Source of the DNA: Sphagnum compactum
Lineage: Eukaryota
Direction of reading: 5' to 3'
NCBI GenBank assembly: GCA_965153455.1
Contig: OZ234493.1
Location: 4,774,001-4,838,000 of the forward strand
Length of the DNA stretch: 64,000 nucleotides
Position 1 is the stretch's first letter. Every line of letters begins with the position of its first letter. Position numbers and translations under genes: made by a program. Positions 1 through 14,290 of this stretch are shown in pieces. The notes under the pieces were generated by a model. That model had not been told where the DNA came from. It was given only the letters and a program-made list of their open reading frames with translations, and did no database searches.

Positions 1-59
1 TAAGCCTCTTTTTGTGTTCATTCATTTCTATGTTTTGTGTGTTTTTAAAGTGTTTTTCA

Positions 60-1700
60 CTCATGTTTTTTCCTTTCAAAGTCAATAACATCCATATTTT
101 CAGCCCTACCCATGTTGTTCCCCTTGCCTTTGATCATTTTGCTTCCCATTTGGCCTATGGATTGTTCAACCTTGCAAGTGCTCACTTAGGCCCCTTCCAG
201 CTTGCTTCTTGGGTTTGCCCTCCCAATTGGTTTATGTTGCCATGTTGATGGCACTAGGATCTTAGGCATCCATTTTGGATCCAATTATTTATCCTCATCC
301 TATTTGCAAGATGTTTTAAATGAACATGTTTGCCATGCTAATAATGCATTCCCAAGGTTAGGGGATGTCCACGTAGCATTTGGGATCTTCTCTTGGTGTT
401 TCATTCAAAGGCCTTACTATTTGCTATGTTAAACCCCCCCCCCCCCCCCCCCCCACCACCTTTCTTTTGGGTTTTCAATGCCAATTTAACATTTTTTGTT
501 CAACTATGTTAGGAGTTTTTGAAAGGCTTTTAGGCCTAGGCTCTTTGGAATGCCTTTCCGCTCCCTTAGTCTATTGGTAGGTTTGCCTCCCCATTTTTAA
601 TGGAACTTAAGCTTCATTTTTATAAAGGGCATTACAATGGCCTATTTAAGGAGTTGGGTTTTATTTGCCCCCATCATATCCTTTGGGTTCTTGTTAGACT
701 CTCGCGCATTTTTATTGGAAGCAATTGGAACAAGTAATTCAAGTTTGTTAATTTTTCAAGCACATATGAGGTTGGTGTGGGGAGTTGTCATAAGATCTTT
801 TTCCCCTAATGATAGTGGCATGTGTATCCCCATTTGAACAATTGGTAGAAAAGAGGAGCAAATTGGCTTTAAGAAAATATTTCAAAAAGATTACATGACC
901 ATTCTTTTTTAACATCATTTCTAATTTGCCTTTTGATTGACATAGGGCACACTTGATATCTTGTGTGGGGTTGAGTGTGGGTGCATGGCTATCGACTCAC
1001 CCAATGATCATTATTTTTCCAATTAGCTTCAAAAAAAAATCTCCATTATGTTGTGCACTTGGTTGGGCTTCCCCCATCTTTCAACCCTTGGTTTGCCACA
1101 TTGCATTTGTGACTAACCTTTAGACCCTATGGGGATCCACCTTTTTCATTGCACCCATGGTGGGTAAAAATGTCTTCTCATGATGCTGTGTGGGATGTTT
1201 TTGCATCTATTGTGAGGGATGCGAAATTTCATGTCTTACATCAATAGACCCATGTTTTTCCACCACTTGCCCTTCAATTTTCGCATCAATGGGTTGACAT
1301 TGTGATTTTGGTGGATGGTGTTCGAATGTTGGTTAATGTCATCATCGATGACCCTATTCACTTGAGTAGATCTGTTTCAAATGTAATTATATTTCATGGG
1401 TTGTCACAATAGTCATGGGCTTTTAAGGATGGCTTTTATCACGATCAATAGCTTAGTGGGCATGTTTCTCCCTCTAGCCATATAAGTCTTTGGGTGTTTG
1501 CATCAACATGCCGATGGTTTTTTTCATCAATGTGTTAACATGGTGTGGAAAGCAAAGGGCATTGGAGGCCCTTTTGTTTTAGTTTTGCATTCATTTTATA
1601 AGCGTAAGGTGTTGGTGGCATTACAAATGAACGTAGGCGACTTTTATTTTGGAACATTTTGTTACCATAATTGAAGGTTTTTTTAAGCTAGGCATTTTTT
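60..1700 (+). mobile_element. Decayed non-LTR retrotransposon 3' part (RT thumb, Cys/His knuckle, restriction-like endonuclease; CRE-clade-like)
   Basis: Interrupted translations in the expected order: DGTRILGIHFG (RT C-terminal), RAHLISCVGLSVGAWLSTHP, WLGFPH..HCICD*PLDPMGIHLFHCTHGG..HDAVWDV, VDIVILVDG..VNVIIDDP, FLPLAI*VFGCLH, KVLVALQ. Many stops and frameshifts. Confidence 0.65.
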
Positions 1701-3039
1701 CATGTGTTCCTCCCCTCTCCTTATTTGATATGCTTCTCATGATTGAAAGGGGTTTGGGTATTTGATTTGTTCCCATTCCCTTTACAAAAAAATTTGTTTG
1801 CCAAGACTTGGGTCTTTCCATCTTTGTTGGGTGCTTTATTTTATTGATGATTGGCAACTTTAATCATTTTTTAGTTATCAAGTTAATGAAATAACAATTT
1901 AATGTGTAAAATAGATAAGTTGGTGAATGAACATTTAAGAATTCAAAGGAAATGAAATGTTCACACATTGTTTTTTTGGTTCTAAAGTTCTAAAAAAATT
2001 TGTGGCCTTCCATCTAACACTTCCAATGTTGCAAAAATTGTTCAATTCAATAAAGGAATGGGAAATATATGGGGTATTTGGTGTAAGGGGGATTTAATGT
2101 TTAATGATGGGTGGATTAAAACATATTTAAATTTTAAGAAAATATTATTTGATTACTGCATCTTTGCCTCTACAATACATATAAGTATTACAACCTTAAT
2201 TGGTGCACCCATCAAGTTCTAAATCACTCAAAACATATTGAAAATGAAAAAGATATGAAATTGAAATTAGAGAGGTGTCTAGAGTTTTTTTTCAAAAAAA
2301 TTGAAACAAACTATCATTCATCCCTTTCCTATATTTTTTGCATTTTTCCTTTGTTTTTGATGCTCAAAGGAACATTTATAACCTTCCAATTTGTACATCC
2401 AACAACAAAAAAATTGTTCAATTTGGTTCAAGAATGAAAAAATAACTAGAAACTATCTAGTGATAGGTACATATTTGGTGTAAGATTTTTTTTATAAATC
2501 TTAAAATGTGCGCAAATGGCGTCACTCTTTTCCTTTTGTTTACAAAAAAATGACTTCCCTAAAATTTTTGTCATAGGAATAGGTGGCCCCTTGATCAATT
2601 GGTAAATATGTTTTTTTATCATAGATGATTTTTTCAAAAGTGTAAAGTGGTGAATCCAATTTTTTTACCTAAATCCAACTAACACTTATAAAAAAAAATA
2701 GTGCACATGTGTGGTTACTTCCTTCATCACAAAGGGCTAATTTGGCTACACAAATGACATAAAATCAACATCATTTCAAATTTGCACATAACACATCAAA
2801 ACTTTGAAGGGGAGTTGAACCCAATTTAATAACAAATTTTGCCCAATGTAACTCAAAATCCCACTCACCACACCCAAATGTTAGTAAATTTCTTGATGAA
2901 TTTTGAACACAAACATCACCATGTTATCCAAATCATGGAAACAAAAACACTAAGACATAAAAGACTAGTTAAGGCCCAACACCCATTCTTAAGTGGTAGC
3001 ATCAATTCACATTTTTTGTTCTTTCCAACTTCTAATGGC

Positions 3040-5250
3040 CTCATGATAAAGGAAGTTTTCTTGAGTAAAAAACTTTTGTGCAAACATGTGAACAATCATT
3101 TCCAAATGTGGCCCCAATTGATTGCGCAATTTGTCCTTCATGAATGCAAAAGTGAATAAGTACTTTCATTTTCCAATGAGCCAAACACAAAAACAATTAT
3201 TATTTTTGTAGTTTCGTATACTTGTTTAAACATTGACACAACAATGAATTGTTGGTAATTGTCACCCGTGACTTTCTAAGTGGATTCCTATTAGATGGTT
3301 CGGCCATACTTTTGGTTGCTTGTGCTTTCATAGTGAACTTAAACATGGATTGTTGCATGTCAAGGAAAGTAACATTCAAAGGTTAAACAACTTGATATAG
3401 TGAAAGTTTCATCCTTTTCAATTCACAATATTGCTTCTTAATAACACTGAGATCGAAAGAAAATTCTACATTTGGTTACATCTAAAATTGAAGATACAAA
3501 ATGCCAACTCTAAATCAAGAAAATGCCTTTCTAATTTTGTCACAAACATTTTAGCTACAATAGCACATTGGCATTTCACTTGTGCAATGGATGCCAAAAA
3601 AAATCCCTACACACATGTTGATTTACCCCAGCAATTGCATAAAAAATGTGAGCTTGATAGGAGTTACTAGCCATATAAATAGATAAGTTTCCATACCATT
3701 GTTGAGGTTAATAACCCAATCTTGGGTGATGAAAGTAGAATTATTGTCCACAATGTCACAAAGAACTTGGAAATGTTCATGTTGATAGTTTGTGAATGGA
3801 TCAACTACATCATGAAAATGTCAACTTGACAAATCTTGATGGTTGCTACAAAATTATAGATGAAAACATCCCTTCCTTGAGCAAACTTAATCAAAGCATT
3901 AACTACCTCCATCAGTGGCAACAAACAAGACAAGGCTAAGCAATGTGTGAAGATCACAAAGGAGGTTGACATTCAATCTTGCTTGAACAACACTAATGTT
4001 GTCTTGGGACATCTTCACAATCAACATGTCTTGTATTATGTTGGGACATGTTTAAAAAATTCCAACATTGAAATCCACTAAATCTTAACATTTTTCAAAA
4101 TCTCAAATTCTCTTGTTTTTAAGAACTTGGCACGCTTAATGAATTCCAAATGGCGATTAAGGGAGCTAGAAAAGTAAGCATACAAGGACTAGAGCAATTC
4201 TTCCAACTTGGACACCATTGGCAAGTTTGACAAAGCTTGCATTACAAGATTTGTTTTATGGGCCATACAATGTTGCCCCATCCTATAAAAAAAATGCTTA
4301 TATCCTTCAGCTAAGATGTCATTCTAATGTGGCATCTTTGAAAAAGAGAAGCTCCATTTACACAAAGAAAATTAACCTTTCACCCACTTCCTTTCTAGTT
4401 AGCCTTACTTGCTACATTAGGGATTATGTAGCAATAAGGTTAAATTATCTATAGTACCCCCTTCAACAATGTGCTAAAGTGTGAGGAAGATAGGCACCAT
4501 TTTTCATGCTTGCATCACATACACATGGATTAAAATCTTGAACTATTTATTAACATAGTAACCTAATCTACACTTAACAAAAGAAACCTCTTAATAGCCA
4601 CAAAATTTTGAGTTCTTTTGAAAACGCACATAGAATTTACCATCTTCCAACTTGCCCCATTAGACCAATGTCTCATTAAATTGTTAAGAACATTTAATTA
4701 AACAAAGAATTTATGCATTTTTACGTAATCTATGATTGGACGGCCATGACTAAACAAGTGGAAAATCAAAGCAAATTGCACAATTTTTTTTCTTGTCAAC
4801 TTGAATTGCAACATGAGTTATTTGCCACAACACAATTTCAGAACCCTTAGAAAAATACAACTTCTCATTGGCCACGAGAGATTTTTTTTAAAGAACTAAT
4901 GATCCCCCACTTTCACCCCCGGCATGGTTACCAAAGCCTTATGATGACCAACATGTTTTTTTTCTTTTAAAAAAATCCAACATTGGAACCAAAAGCTTAT
5001 CTTTGGTTTCAATTTGTGTGTAAATCTTACATCGCACTTCAACAACTTTCCCAAAAGAACTTAGCATATATTCGACCCATAGAAGACTCATTGCCCAATT
5101 ATCTTAGAAGTGCCTATTCAATTCATAAGCATTTTTTTAAAAAACAATCGTGGTGGTGTTGTGCACATTATAGACCATTGCACATTATAAACCATGGTGA
5201 TGTTGATTTGTGGTAATGGCTTGCAAGGGTCACCGAGATAGCGATGGATG
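3040..5250 (-). mobile_element. Highly decayed hAT-family transposase remnant
   Basis: Minus-strand fragments LYAYFSSSLNRHLEF..EILKNVKI*WISML (about 4190-4065; xxTRW-like motif) and FMKDKLRNQLGPHLEMIVHMFAQ (about 3145-3075; hAT C-terminal dimerisation-like). Many stops; boundaries approximate. Confidence 0.55.
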
Positions 5251-8109
5251 CACTACATAGTGCATGCAACACATGAACACAACAATTAGCTTATAACACT
5301 AGTCCAAAATTTCAAGTTTCAAAGATGACCATGATGATCAATGGGTTATCATTGTGTTGCTGCTTAGGTGATCACTGATGATGATGAACTATTGCATGAT
5401 GATTGGCCTATTACTTGGGTGATGACGATGGATGATTGCTTGGCACCATTCCAAGATGATGATCATACCATGGATCATGGATTGTTACCCAAATGATGAC
5501 AATGGAAATTTGTTGCCTAATGGATCATGGATTGTTATGGTGATGCTTACACAATTAAAAAAATTATGGGCACTTGTAATTATCACACCACGATGATGAT
5601 CAATGTTGTTTAGTTCTTACACAAAATGAGAATCAAGACCATGAACACAATAAAAAAAATGGCAATGAATTGCCACCTGTAGGGTCAAGATCTAGACAAA
5701 CATGAAATGGACTATAGCAACTGCACATCATGAGAACCCTAATGAACCCTAAACCCTAAACCACAACCACAATATGATCAAGAAAAAAACCAATACAATC
5801 AATAATGAACATTGAGGATTTGCATTTTTATAATTAATCATGAAAAACAAATTCATGAATGATGAATCATGGGTGATGATGAGTAGTCACTAGTGGTGTG
5901 CCATGGAACCAACGATGCTAATCAATATTTAGACTTCAGTGTCAACAATGTTCGACAACTTCCAAGGCTCTCCAGAGTCCATAGTTCAAAATCCATGTTC
6001 ACACCACATAGCTTCATAGCTCCAACCTCATAACAACCAACCCAAAGTCCAGATGTTGTGCATTTTCATCATTAACTTGCAAAATCTTGCAAAATTCGGA
6101 TGTCCTATAGCAAGTGACAAAGAGGAATGGAGCAGTGGAAGGTGGAGGCGGCAATCTCAACACCAAGCCAAGAATCTCAGGTGGCAAATGTAGGAGAAGG
6201 GAGGTTGTGTGAGCACGATACCCTAATTTTCAACAATAGGATTTGGCCCCTCCATGTCACAAAGCATTTACGGTGAAGGTGACATCCAAGTGGCAGAGGT
6301 GGGAGCCATAGATGTGAACAAAATCCAACAATTTTTGGCACATTCGGTTTAAATTTTTTTCTCCTTTCCTATTCGCAAGCACCTTCTTCTATTCAACTTT
6401 TGGCAAACATTCAAACACACAAAAAAAATAAAATGGTTTAGTGATGGGTGGATTTACTCTAATAGCTATTTCCAGACAAGGTTCTAACACATTACTTAGT
6501 GCACTTTGTTTTAGTGTAACCGAAGGGCATGCTACCTAGTATATTTTTTCATCTATTTGGGGGGCGTCTCCAGAAAAGGAAACAAGTGGGCGTTTTGTTT
6601 TTTTGAGACAGTGGGTGTTCCATTTTTTAAATGCGGCACTCTGGATTTTTGTTGTTCCCAATGAGTTCCTATCGAGTTTTAGTGGGTTGTCAACATGTTC
6701 CGCAAGTTCTCAATGTGTTCCCCAACATGTTCCAATAGCACCTCACTTTTGTTTCATATTTTTGCTCCACTGCTGCTCTCTTGAACCTATTTAGATTGAC
6801 AAACATTGGGAAACGTATCGGTGTTTTGAGTTAACTTGAGGAGACATCAAAGATTCGGAACTTTTTTTGTGATCAAAGAAGCTCATCAGCAAAAATAAAT
6901 AAATAAATAAAATCTGAACTTGGAAGGCACATCCAACTAACTAATATGGATCGCACTAACAGTACATAAACTAACTATGTCCAACAATCGATATCCCTGC
7001 AATTAGCATAAACGTTACTACTATACCCTAGGACCGTGTTGTCATAAAAAACGAATTTCCATGACAATATGAAGTTGAGATGTTGAAAATCATCATAATT
7101 ATAGCAGGTACAATCTGAATAATTTCACTCCTCGGATGAAGATATCATAGATCATGAAATAATAATAATTTCAAATTTATTTTTAAAATTTTTTGAAAAA
7201 AATCATTATTCATTTTGTCCGTGTGGAAACTGACCCTAGGCTATAGTAGGTATGTCCCAGAATTGATGCCTGTGACGTTGGCCTATGGGAAAAATGATAA
7301 AGAACAGAGGTTCTTAAGACATAGACATTTTTGACAGCCAATGAGGTGAGCCAGCATGCACTCAAGGGTTCAGTTTTCTTTTTCCTTCTTGGGGGTGGGA
7401 GTTGTTGGATTTTTTGGTTCCCAATGTGTTCCCATCAAGTTCTCAATGGGTTCTCAACATGTTCCCCAAATTCTCAATAGCACCTCACTTTGTCGCAATA
7501 TTCTTTGCCGAATCATTGTCCTCTTAGAAAGAGTATAGGTTGGCCAATATTGGGACTAATATGTTTTTATGTTTTAAAGTTTTTTTTATGGGCCAATGAA
7601 GAAGGCTCATTGCAAAAAAAAGTTTCAGAACTTGGAAGACACCCCCAACTATTTCTACTTCATATGTAGTTTTCGGCCAAATTTGGCTAAATGTTCTAAT
7701 GGATGATTGCCACACGAAAAAAATTGGAAAAAATGAAACTCTTATACACATGAATTCATAGCAGACATATCAATGTTTCATAACAAGAAAGCCATTACCT
7801 GTGTGCCTTAAATACCATCTAGCAAAATGACAAAAAATATGTGCAATAACCTGGCAGAATTTTCTTTGGTGTTGGGGGGATGGCATGTTATTTACAGTAA
7901 TATTGCCTTCTAGAAATGTGGGGCATTCCAAAAATGAATTGTCGGCTCTGGTGGACACCCTGGTTGGTTACTTGAAAACAAAGGGAAAAAAAGAGCTGCA
8001 AGGTTATTAGGTAGTTAGTATGTGGGATAATGCCCTCATATGGGGTGTTCACAGTGCAGGTCCCTCCCTCGGCTGCCACCTTTTTGGGCCATTACTTGGG
8101 AATCAATGT

Positions 8110-8380
8110 TTTCTTTAATGGCAAAATTTCGTCAAAAAAGTGATTTTGAAGGTTTTCAGTCATTAGAAGTGACCCCAAAAAAAAAGAAGGTAAAATTGTG
8201 AGGTTCATATACTTGGTTTTCACAGTGTAACCAAACATATAGAAGGATGATAAAAGTTTTGTGCTTTATTTTTGGTTTATAGCCAGATTATGGCAAACCT
8301 TCCCAGGGATGATTGCCACTTTTCGTACATCTTGATATCGATGATCATCGCAGTTTTGGCTACCAAAAGAAAAGAAAAAA
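8110..8380 (+). repeat. Representative copy of a second dispersed short repeat (TAGCCAAATTTGGCTAAA..GGATGATTGCCAC)
   Basis: Related copies at about 7670-7720, 26260-26520, 40970-41100, 46300-46440, 48430-48900, 49490-49760 and 51215-51340. Confidence 0.75.
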
Positions 8381-9099
8381 ACCATCAGGCATTATCCTAC
8401 ACAATGTTTGCTCATGCATGCAACATGTATACATTATGATGACATATCAACTATTTGATTGAGACAAAATGATGTTTTCAATGGACAGGACTGTTTAAAA
8501 CTAACTACTCTTGAAAGTCTATTTCATGAACGTGCAAATGTAACCTGTCAATTACATAATGAGGCAAGTCCTCCTGCAGGTTACCTAGCCTACCATGCTT
8601 TCACGGATTTCAAGTATTCATGTGTCCAACAAGCATCCCCATGTTGGACATTTGTAAACATAACCGGTTTTCTTGGGTGACATTCCCGCACCCCAGTGGC
8701 TGGCTGCACGCTGCTTTCAACCCCTAACTCGTCTCCACTATTTCCACTCGCACGGGATTGGCTGAGCACCATCACTTGCATCCAGTACATGACACAGGGC
8801 ATAAATTGCATGAAAGAACTGGTTATGTCTGGTAACCGGCTGGAGGTCCAAAAGTGCTCCCCCTATGTTTCTAACTGTTTACAGGCTGCCCACTGTCTGA
8901 AATTTTATTCCTTCACTGCCCAGAATTCAAATTGGGATCTCAAGTCACTGTCTAGAAATTTATGACTGCCCACAATCGATCCTAATTTTGAAATGGGCTT
9001 AACTTCTTTTTTAAGGATAATAGTACATTGGGTACATAGTGTGACTTGTATTAATTTGTTGTTGGGTGCTTTCACACTTTTTTATTTTTTATTTTGGGA

Positions 9100-9480
9100 A
9101 GGGGCCATATTGATTGGCCCATCACCAATTTTTCTTGGAACATTGGTCACTCCTCATTAGAAGCACCTCTTTGGACCCCCAGTCCTAGAAACAAATGTGC
9201 TCCCCTATGGCCCACTTGTTCAGATTATATACATGAGAGTTGAACTTTGGGCAAAACTGTAAGGGACAAAAACTGAGGTGCTCTTGGGAAGGTCTTGGGG
9301 AACAACTTGAGAACATGAGGGAACCTCATGGGAACATGATGAGAACGCATTGGGAACAAAGGGGGAAAAATCCCTCCCCACGCCCCCACCTCCCCCCCCC
9401 CCTCCCGCCCCCCAAAAGAAAAGAACTGGACCTCACACGAGTGCATGTTGAGCCTTCTCATTGGCTGCATATATCCTCAC
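9100..9480 (+). repeat. Representative copy of an abundant dispersed repeat of about 300 bp (GGGAAC-rich)
   Basis: Motifs TTTGGGCAAA..GGGATAAAA..GGGAACA..GCATGTTGAGCCTTCTCATTGGCTGCA recur at about 6620-6950(-), 7340-7650(-), 9940-10290, 28340-28680, 31620-31880, 52850-53230(-), 53640-54020(-) and 58020-58250. Confidence 0.8.
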
Positions 9481-12192
9481 ACATAATGGATATTAGCTAA
9501 TGTGATTCATATTAATTAGTTGAGGGAGGTTCCGCTCAAGGTACAATTTTATTCTGTAGTAAATTGATTGATGGGCCCAAGAAGGAAAAGACCTTCTGAA
9601 AGTCAAAACTCTGGACAGTCCCTGAAACGAAAATTTCCAATCCACTCTGAAGTGGGAGTCACATGAAACAAGGCATTACAAACACGCTGGCCTTGCCAAT
9701 AGATAAAATGTTGTACATCTACCTGCCGTGTCCACACTCTGAACACCAAAACAATCCCTTCCAATCTAAAGAGTCTAAACACTTTCATCAACGAAACCGG
9801 TTCACCTTATGTGACACTGATTCTGATAAAATAAAACTTCGGAAAGTTGGATCCATTGCCATAGTCCTCATCCTTGTAGGGGCAGGGCCCAACAAAAACT
9901 TTGCTAACAAGACTACACACATGCAATAGTCCCCAAAGTAAAAGAAGGGTGATGTCCTTTGGCCCATCTATATATGTGAGAGGAGGACAACATTTGCCAA
10001 AGCATATGGGATAAAAATAGGTGCTATTGGGAACTCGTTGGGGAATATAGCGAGAACATAGGGAACAAATTGGGAAATTGATGAAAACACATTAAGAACA
10101 AAGGAAAACAACAAAAAACCTCCCCCTCCCACTGCAACCCAACAGGAAAAAAATCAAGGCACCTTGAGCACATGCAAACCTTTTCACTAGCTTTGCACTA
10201 GCTGCATGCAATTTCTCTTTTCAAAATTGTTCCTCACCATTTTGGGGCTATGCTAATGGCAGGGGCAGAATTTGGGGAACATAGTATTTAGTGCACTAAT
10301 ATACAAAGGGTGTTGAATAGGGAGAAAACCATGAATATATATAAATAAACAAGGATGGAAATCCATCCACCAAAAATATAAGGCATGTTGAAGCAAATGT
10401 AAACACACAAAAGAAGACCAAAACAATCAAAACAGTAGTAATGAAGTAGAAGACCTAATGCTAAAAGGGCATCGTCTATCACAAATTAGTTAGTGATGGA
10501 GGTGGACTAGGTGGCACGTGTGGAAGAGACGAAGAATTGTGATTAAGCATGCTAGCATGTTGAAGAATCACAATGGCCTACGCATGTTGGAGGGCTATCG
10601 ACATTCGTTCCTATAATAAAATATAAGCATTGAAAGTACCAAGGAGGTCTGATGATGACTAGTCATATTGACATGTGCACAAAGAGTCAAATTTTTAAAA
10701 GAAAATGTTATGGCCAATGAGATTGCTGGATTTCGTGATTTGAACTTTTTCCCTTAAGTATCTGGAGTGAACTAACGATTAAATGTGTAAGTAAGGTTTG
10801 GTAGGTTCATGAGAATTTTAAAAGACAAATGGAAATGGTAAAAAATGACCATTATTTTTAATATTTAGTATAATAAGGTTGTGTGTAGACTAGAAGAGTT
10901 TTTTCTAAAGAAGGATGGCTTGCTAGATTTGGTGGTTTGAATTTTTTTTAGTGATCTTGAGTGAACTAATGGTTCAATGTGTAATATCATAGTTATTGGG
11001 CTAGTTTGACATTAATTAAATTATTTACACATATTCTATAATTTCAATAAATACTTGATAATTATGTCAAAAGTATTAAATATATATAAATATATTCCTA
11101 TTTCCTTGTGTTTTTTTTCCATTTCAATGAATCTTGTTTACAACTTTCACCAAGAAATCAAGCAATTATTTGATACATGCACATGAGAAAGTCTACAATT
11201 GATGAGAGCTTAATAAGAGAATAATTATAATTCTTTCACTACTTTAAAAGTAGATTATTGAACCTTGTTTAGCATCATGAAAATGCAATGGGTGCCAATT
11301 TATTAATATTCACCCTTTGTCAATTTGCTAATTAATACTTTAACCTTTGTTGAATATAAAAATAATCTAAAAAATGAGTGTTGAATTAAAATATCAAAAA
11401 CTAAATATTTGACAATGGACTATCAAATTGGCCTAGGTACTACATTAATTGTTGTACATGTAATTCTTGTACATGTAGTTAATTTGATAATAATGTACAA
11501 ATAATGTTCATTTTGTTTTTATTTTCCTTCTTTTTGGATGGTTCTCTTTATTTTAAGAAGAAACCTTTCAAACTAACTTTTATGGTATTTTTTTGAATGC
11601 ATATGGAGAGTAAATTGGAAGGTTTTTGAGCTAAAATTCTATATTTCCTATATCTTCAATCTTTATGGATGATGTGGGATTTAAACCCATTGAATGAAAT
11701 GAAAGTACAAAAATCATTCATCATCCGTTTTCATATGAATGAATGAATGAATGAATGATGCATTAAATTGAGTACAATGGATGAATCATACCCCATTGGT
11801 GGATGAATTTCATAATTGTATTATGTCCAAATGCAACAATATTAATTTTGATGAATGGCCAAATAATATCAAATTTATTCCATTTGTGGAATATTATTTC
11901 ATCCATGAATTCCATTGGATAAATGGTTGAATTGCCAATCATAAGACTTTTCAAATGAAATAAGGTTCTTCCAAATTTTTCATTTAGAATTTCGTATAAT
12001 CCATGAAGTGATAATCCATTCCCAAATTTATTACAACAATTACAATTCCTCAAAAATCCATGGATGAACATCCATGAAGTACAATTTGATGAATTTAGGA
12101 TGGATGAACTTTAGGCACATGAAATTTTGTTGATGAAGTTTCATAGATGATGAAATTCAAGATGAAATAAGGTTCATTCATGAAATGTCATA

Positions 12193-13014
12193 TGTCGCAA
12201 CCCCACTTTGTCCAAGTGTGGGGGTGAAACCCAACACTTGGAAAAGTTGGAGGTTTGGAGTCCTCCGGGACTCCCGAATGTTCAGAGCTCGACAGCAAGG
12301 GGCAAAACACCTCGCATTGGGGTGTTCTTGGTGTCATTGGAAAGGTCTTGAAAAGTAGATATCGAAAATGGCCTTGCATTGGCCATTTGGACATTTGCAG
12401 CCCAAGTTATGGGCAAAAGAAGGGTCGGGAGTCAAACTGGCAGTTTGACTTCCGACCACTAAAAGTCGGGAATCGACCCTTTCCCGACGTCGCCTTAGGG
12501 AGTGCGACATGGCGTTGGAAAGATTTCGAGGAGAGCTACAACTTTGGTTCAGACCTCATTGCAATCGAACTTCGGAATCGGGAGTTATGACCGTTCAAAG
12601 TCCCGGGAGTCCCGCCGGGACAATTTCGGGACTCCATTTCGGGAGTCCCAACAAAATGTGCCATTTGGATGTAGCCTCCGTGGTGAGCTGCAGAGATAAC
12701 TATAAGGGGGAAGGTGGTGGCTTCCCCCAAGTCCGAGCCGTGGTGAGTCAAGTAGTCCGAAGTGCCCGTGGCTTGTCCCAACACCCAAAGGTGTTCCCGA
12801 ATGTTAACTAACCCATTTGTGGTTGGTTTTTGGATGCAGATTCGTGCTTGATCTACTAGTCCATCTTCCTAGTCTAATCCCGGGGCTTCCAACTCGACCC
12901 TCTACCCCTTTCTAGAGTTGGAAGTCGGGAGCGTGCCCCTTGGGTCCCCACTTTCCGCAACTTCACATTGGTGAACCCTCAAGTGGGTTCACCCCGGGAC
13001 CAAGGAGCGCGTCA
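12193..13014. mobile_element. Solo LTR, 822 bp, recent
   Basis: Begins TGTCGC and ends GCGTCA (TG..CA, 5/6 inverted). Flanked by a perfect 5-bp direct repeat TCATA (12188-12192 and 13015-13019). It is a GC- and CpG-rich block in AT-rich host DNA with no coherent ORF. Confidence 0.88.
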
Positions 13015-13487
13015 TCATATGTCATGCATGAAATTTAACTTATTCATAATCCTATTTCATCCATGAAAATCCATGTGAATTGTTGTATTGACATCATTGC
13101 AAAGTTCAAATGTTATGAAAAGGCTATTGCAATTAAATATTTCCCAATTTTATTTTCTTTCTCTTTTTCTTTTTCAACTTGTGAGCAAATCAAATAGTAT
13201 TTAAAACAAATAATTATGATCTAATGGAAAATTATTACAACAATATGCCACTACTTGATGGCAACCAAGTAAGTCATTGGCATTGTTTGATGACGGTCAA
13301 AATCATCATCATCTTGTAGTAGCAACCAAAAGTAATGTCCATCATTGGAGAAGTCACAACAATTGAAACAAAATGTCCATCAAACTAGAGTTTTTACAAT
13401 TCCATAACATTCAAGAGTCTCCACCATTGAATGGTGATTGAAAATATCCTTGTCATTGAATGGCAATCAAAAGTGATATTATTTATT

Positions 13488-14290
13488 GTGACCTTAACTT
13501 TGGATTTGTGACAAGACAAGGGAAATAGGCAAGGGGTGAGGTCGTAACATCCCTTTATTCACATTTAAATGTGTGAAAAGTGCAAAGGAAGAAGACCAAC
13601 ATTTCCAATTGCATTCCCATTTTCGGTTGGTTAGAGGTTGTGGGATATTTTGAATCTTTGGATGAAGATTTGAAGGAGCAAAGTTCGTACAAAGTAAGCT
13701 CTTTCAAAATCTTTGAAAAAATCTTGAAGAAGACTACAATAAAATAAGGTCACATTCTGAAAGCAAAGACATGTAACAGTAGTCATGGCAATTAAATGGG
13801 TTAGGAATTAAATTGTCAAATCGGCTTTCAGTCATTTAAATGACAAATTGAAAAATCAAATGACCTTTGATTAAAAAATTTGATATGTTGTTTAAATTTT
13901 CTTTTCAAAAGCTACAAGTCAGCCTTTGATAACTTTCAATTTGAATGTGAAACGAAAAAAGTTATGAGCCCCCAAAGTTGTTGGTTTCATAATTTGATAG
14001 TTTTAAGAATTTTGGGAAATGTCATTTTGATGGAGCCTTGTGGAATGTTGCAAATAAAAAAGTGGAAGGAGAATGATGTCTCTTCTAAAGTTTAGGTCAT
14101 GATGAGTCTTGTTAGTTCAAGTTAACCCATGACTTGTCCATGCATCAATATTCTAGTTCCAAAATGTATTAGCCACATTTTAATTTTGATTTGTGCAATT
14201 TGACTTATAGTTCCTAAGCTCAACTTGAAAAGCTTGTCTTAATCCCATCCTAGAACTCTCACTTTCTATTTCTTGTTAAAAGCTGTGAAA
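13488..14290. mobile_element. Old, diverged relative of the 12193-13014 LTR family
   Basis: Collinear similarity to the young copy: aaaagctacaag vs gagagctacaac; aaagttatgagcccccaaagt vs ggagttatgaccgttcaaagt; aaatgtcattttgatggagcc vs aaatgtgccatttggatgtagcc. CpG depleted; ends approximate. Confidence 0.6.

Noticed and set aside
12188-12811. Cluster of overlapping 65-111 aa ORFs
   Set aside because: All lie inside the GC-rich solo LTR; no recognisable domain.
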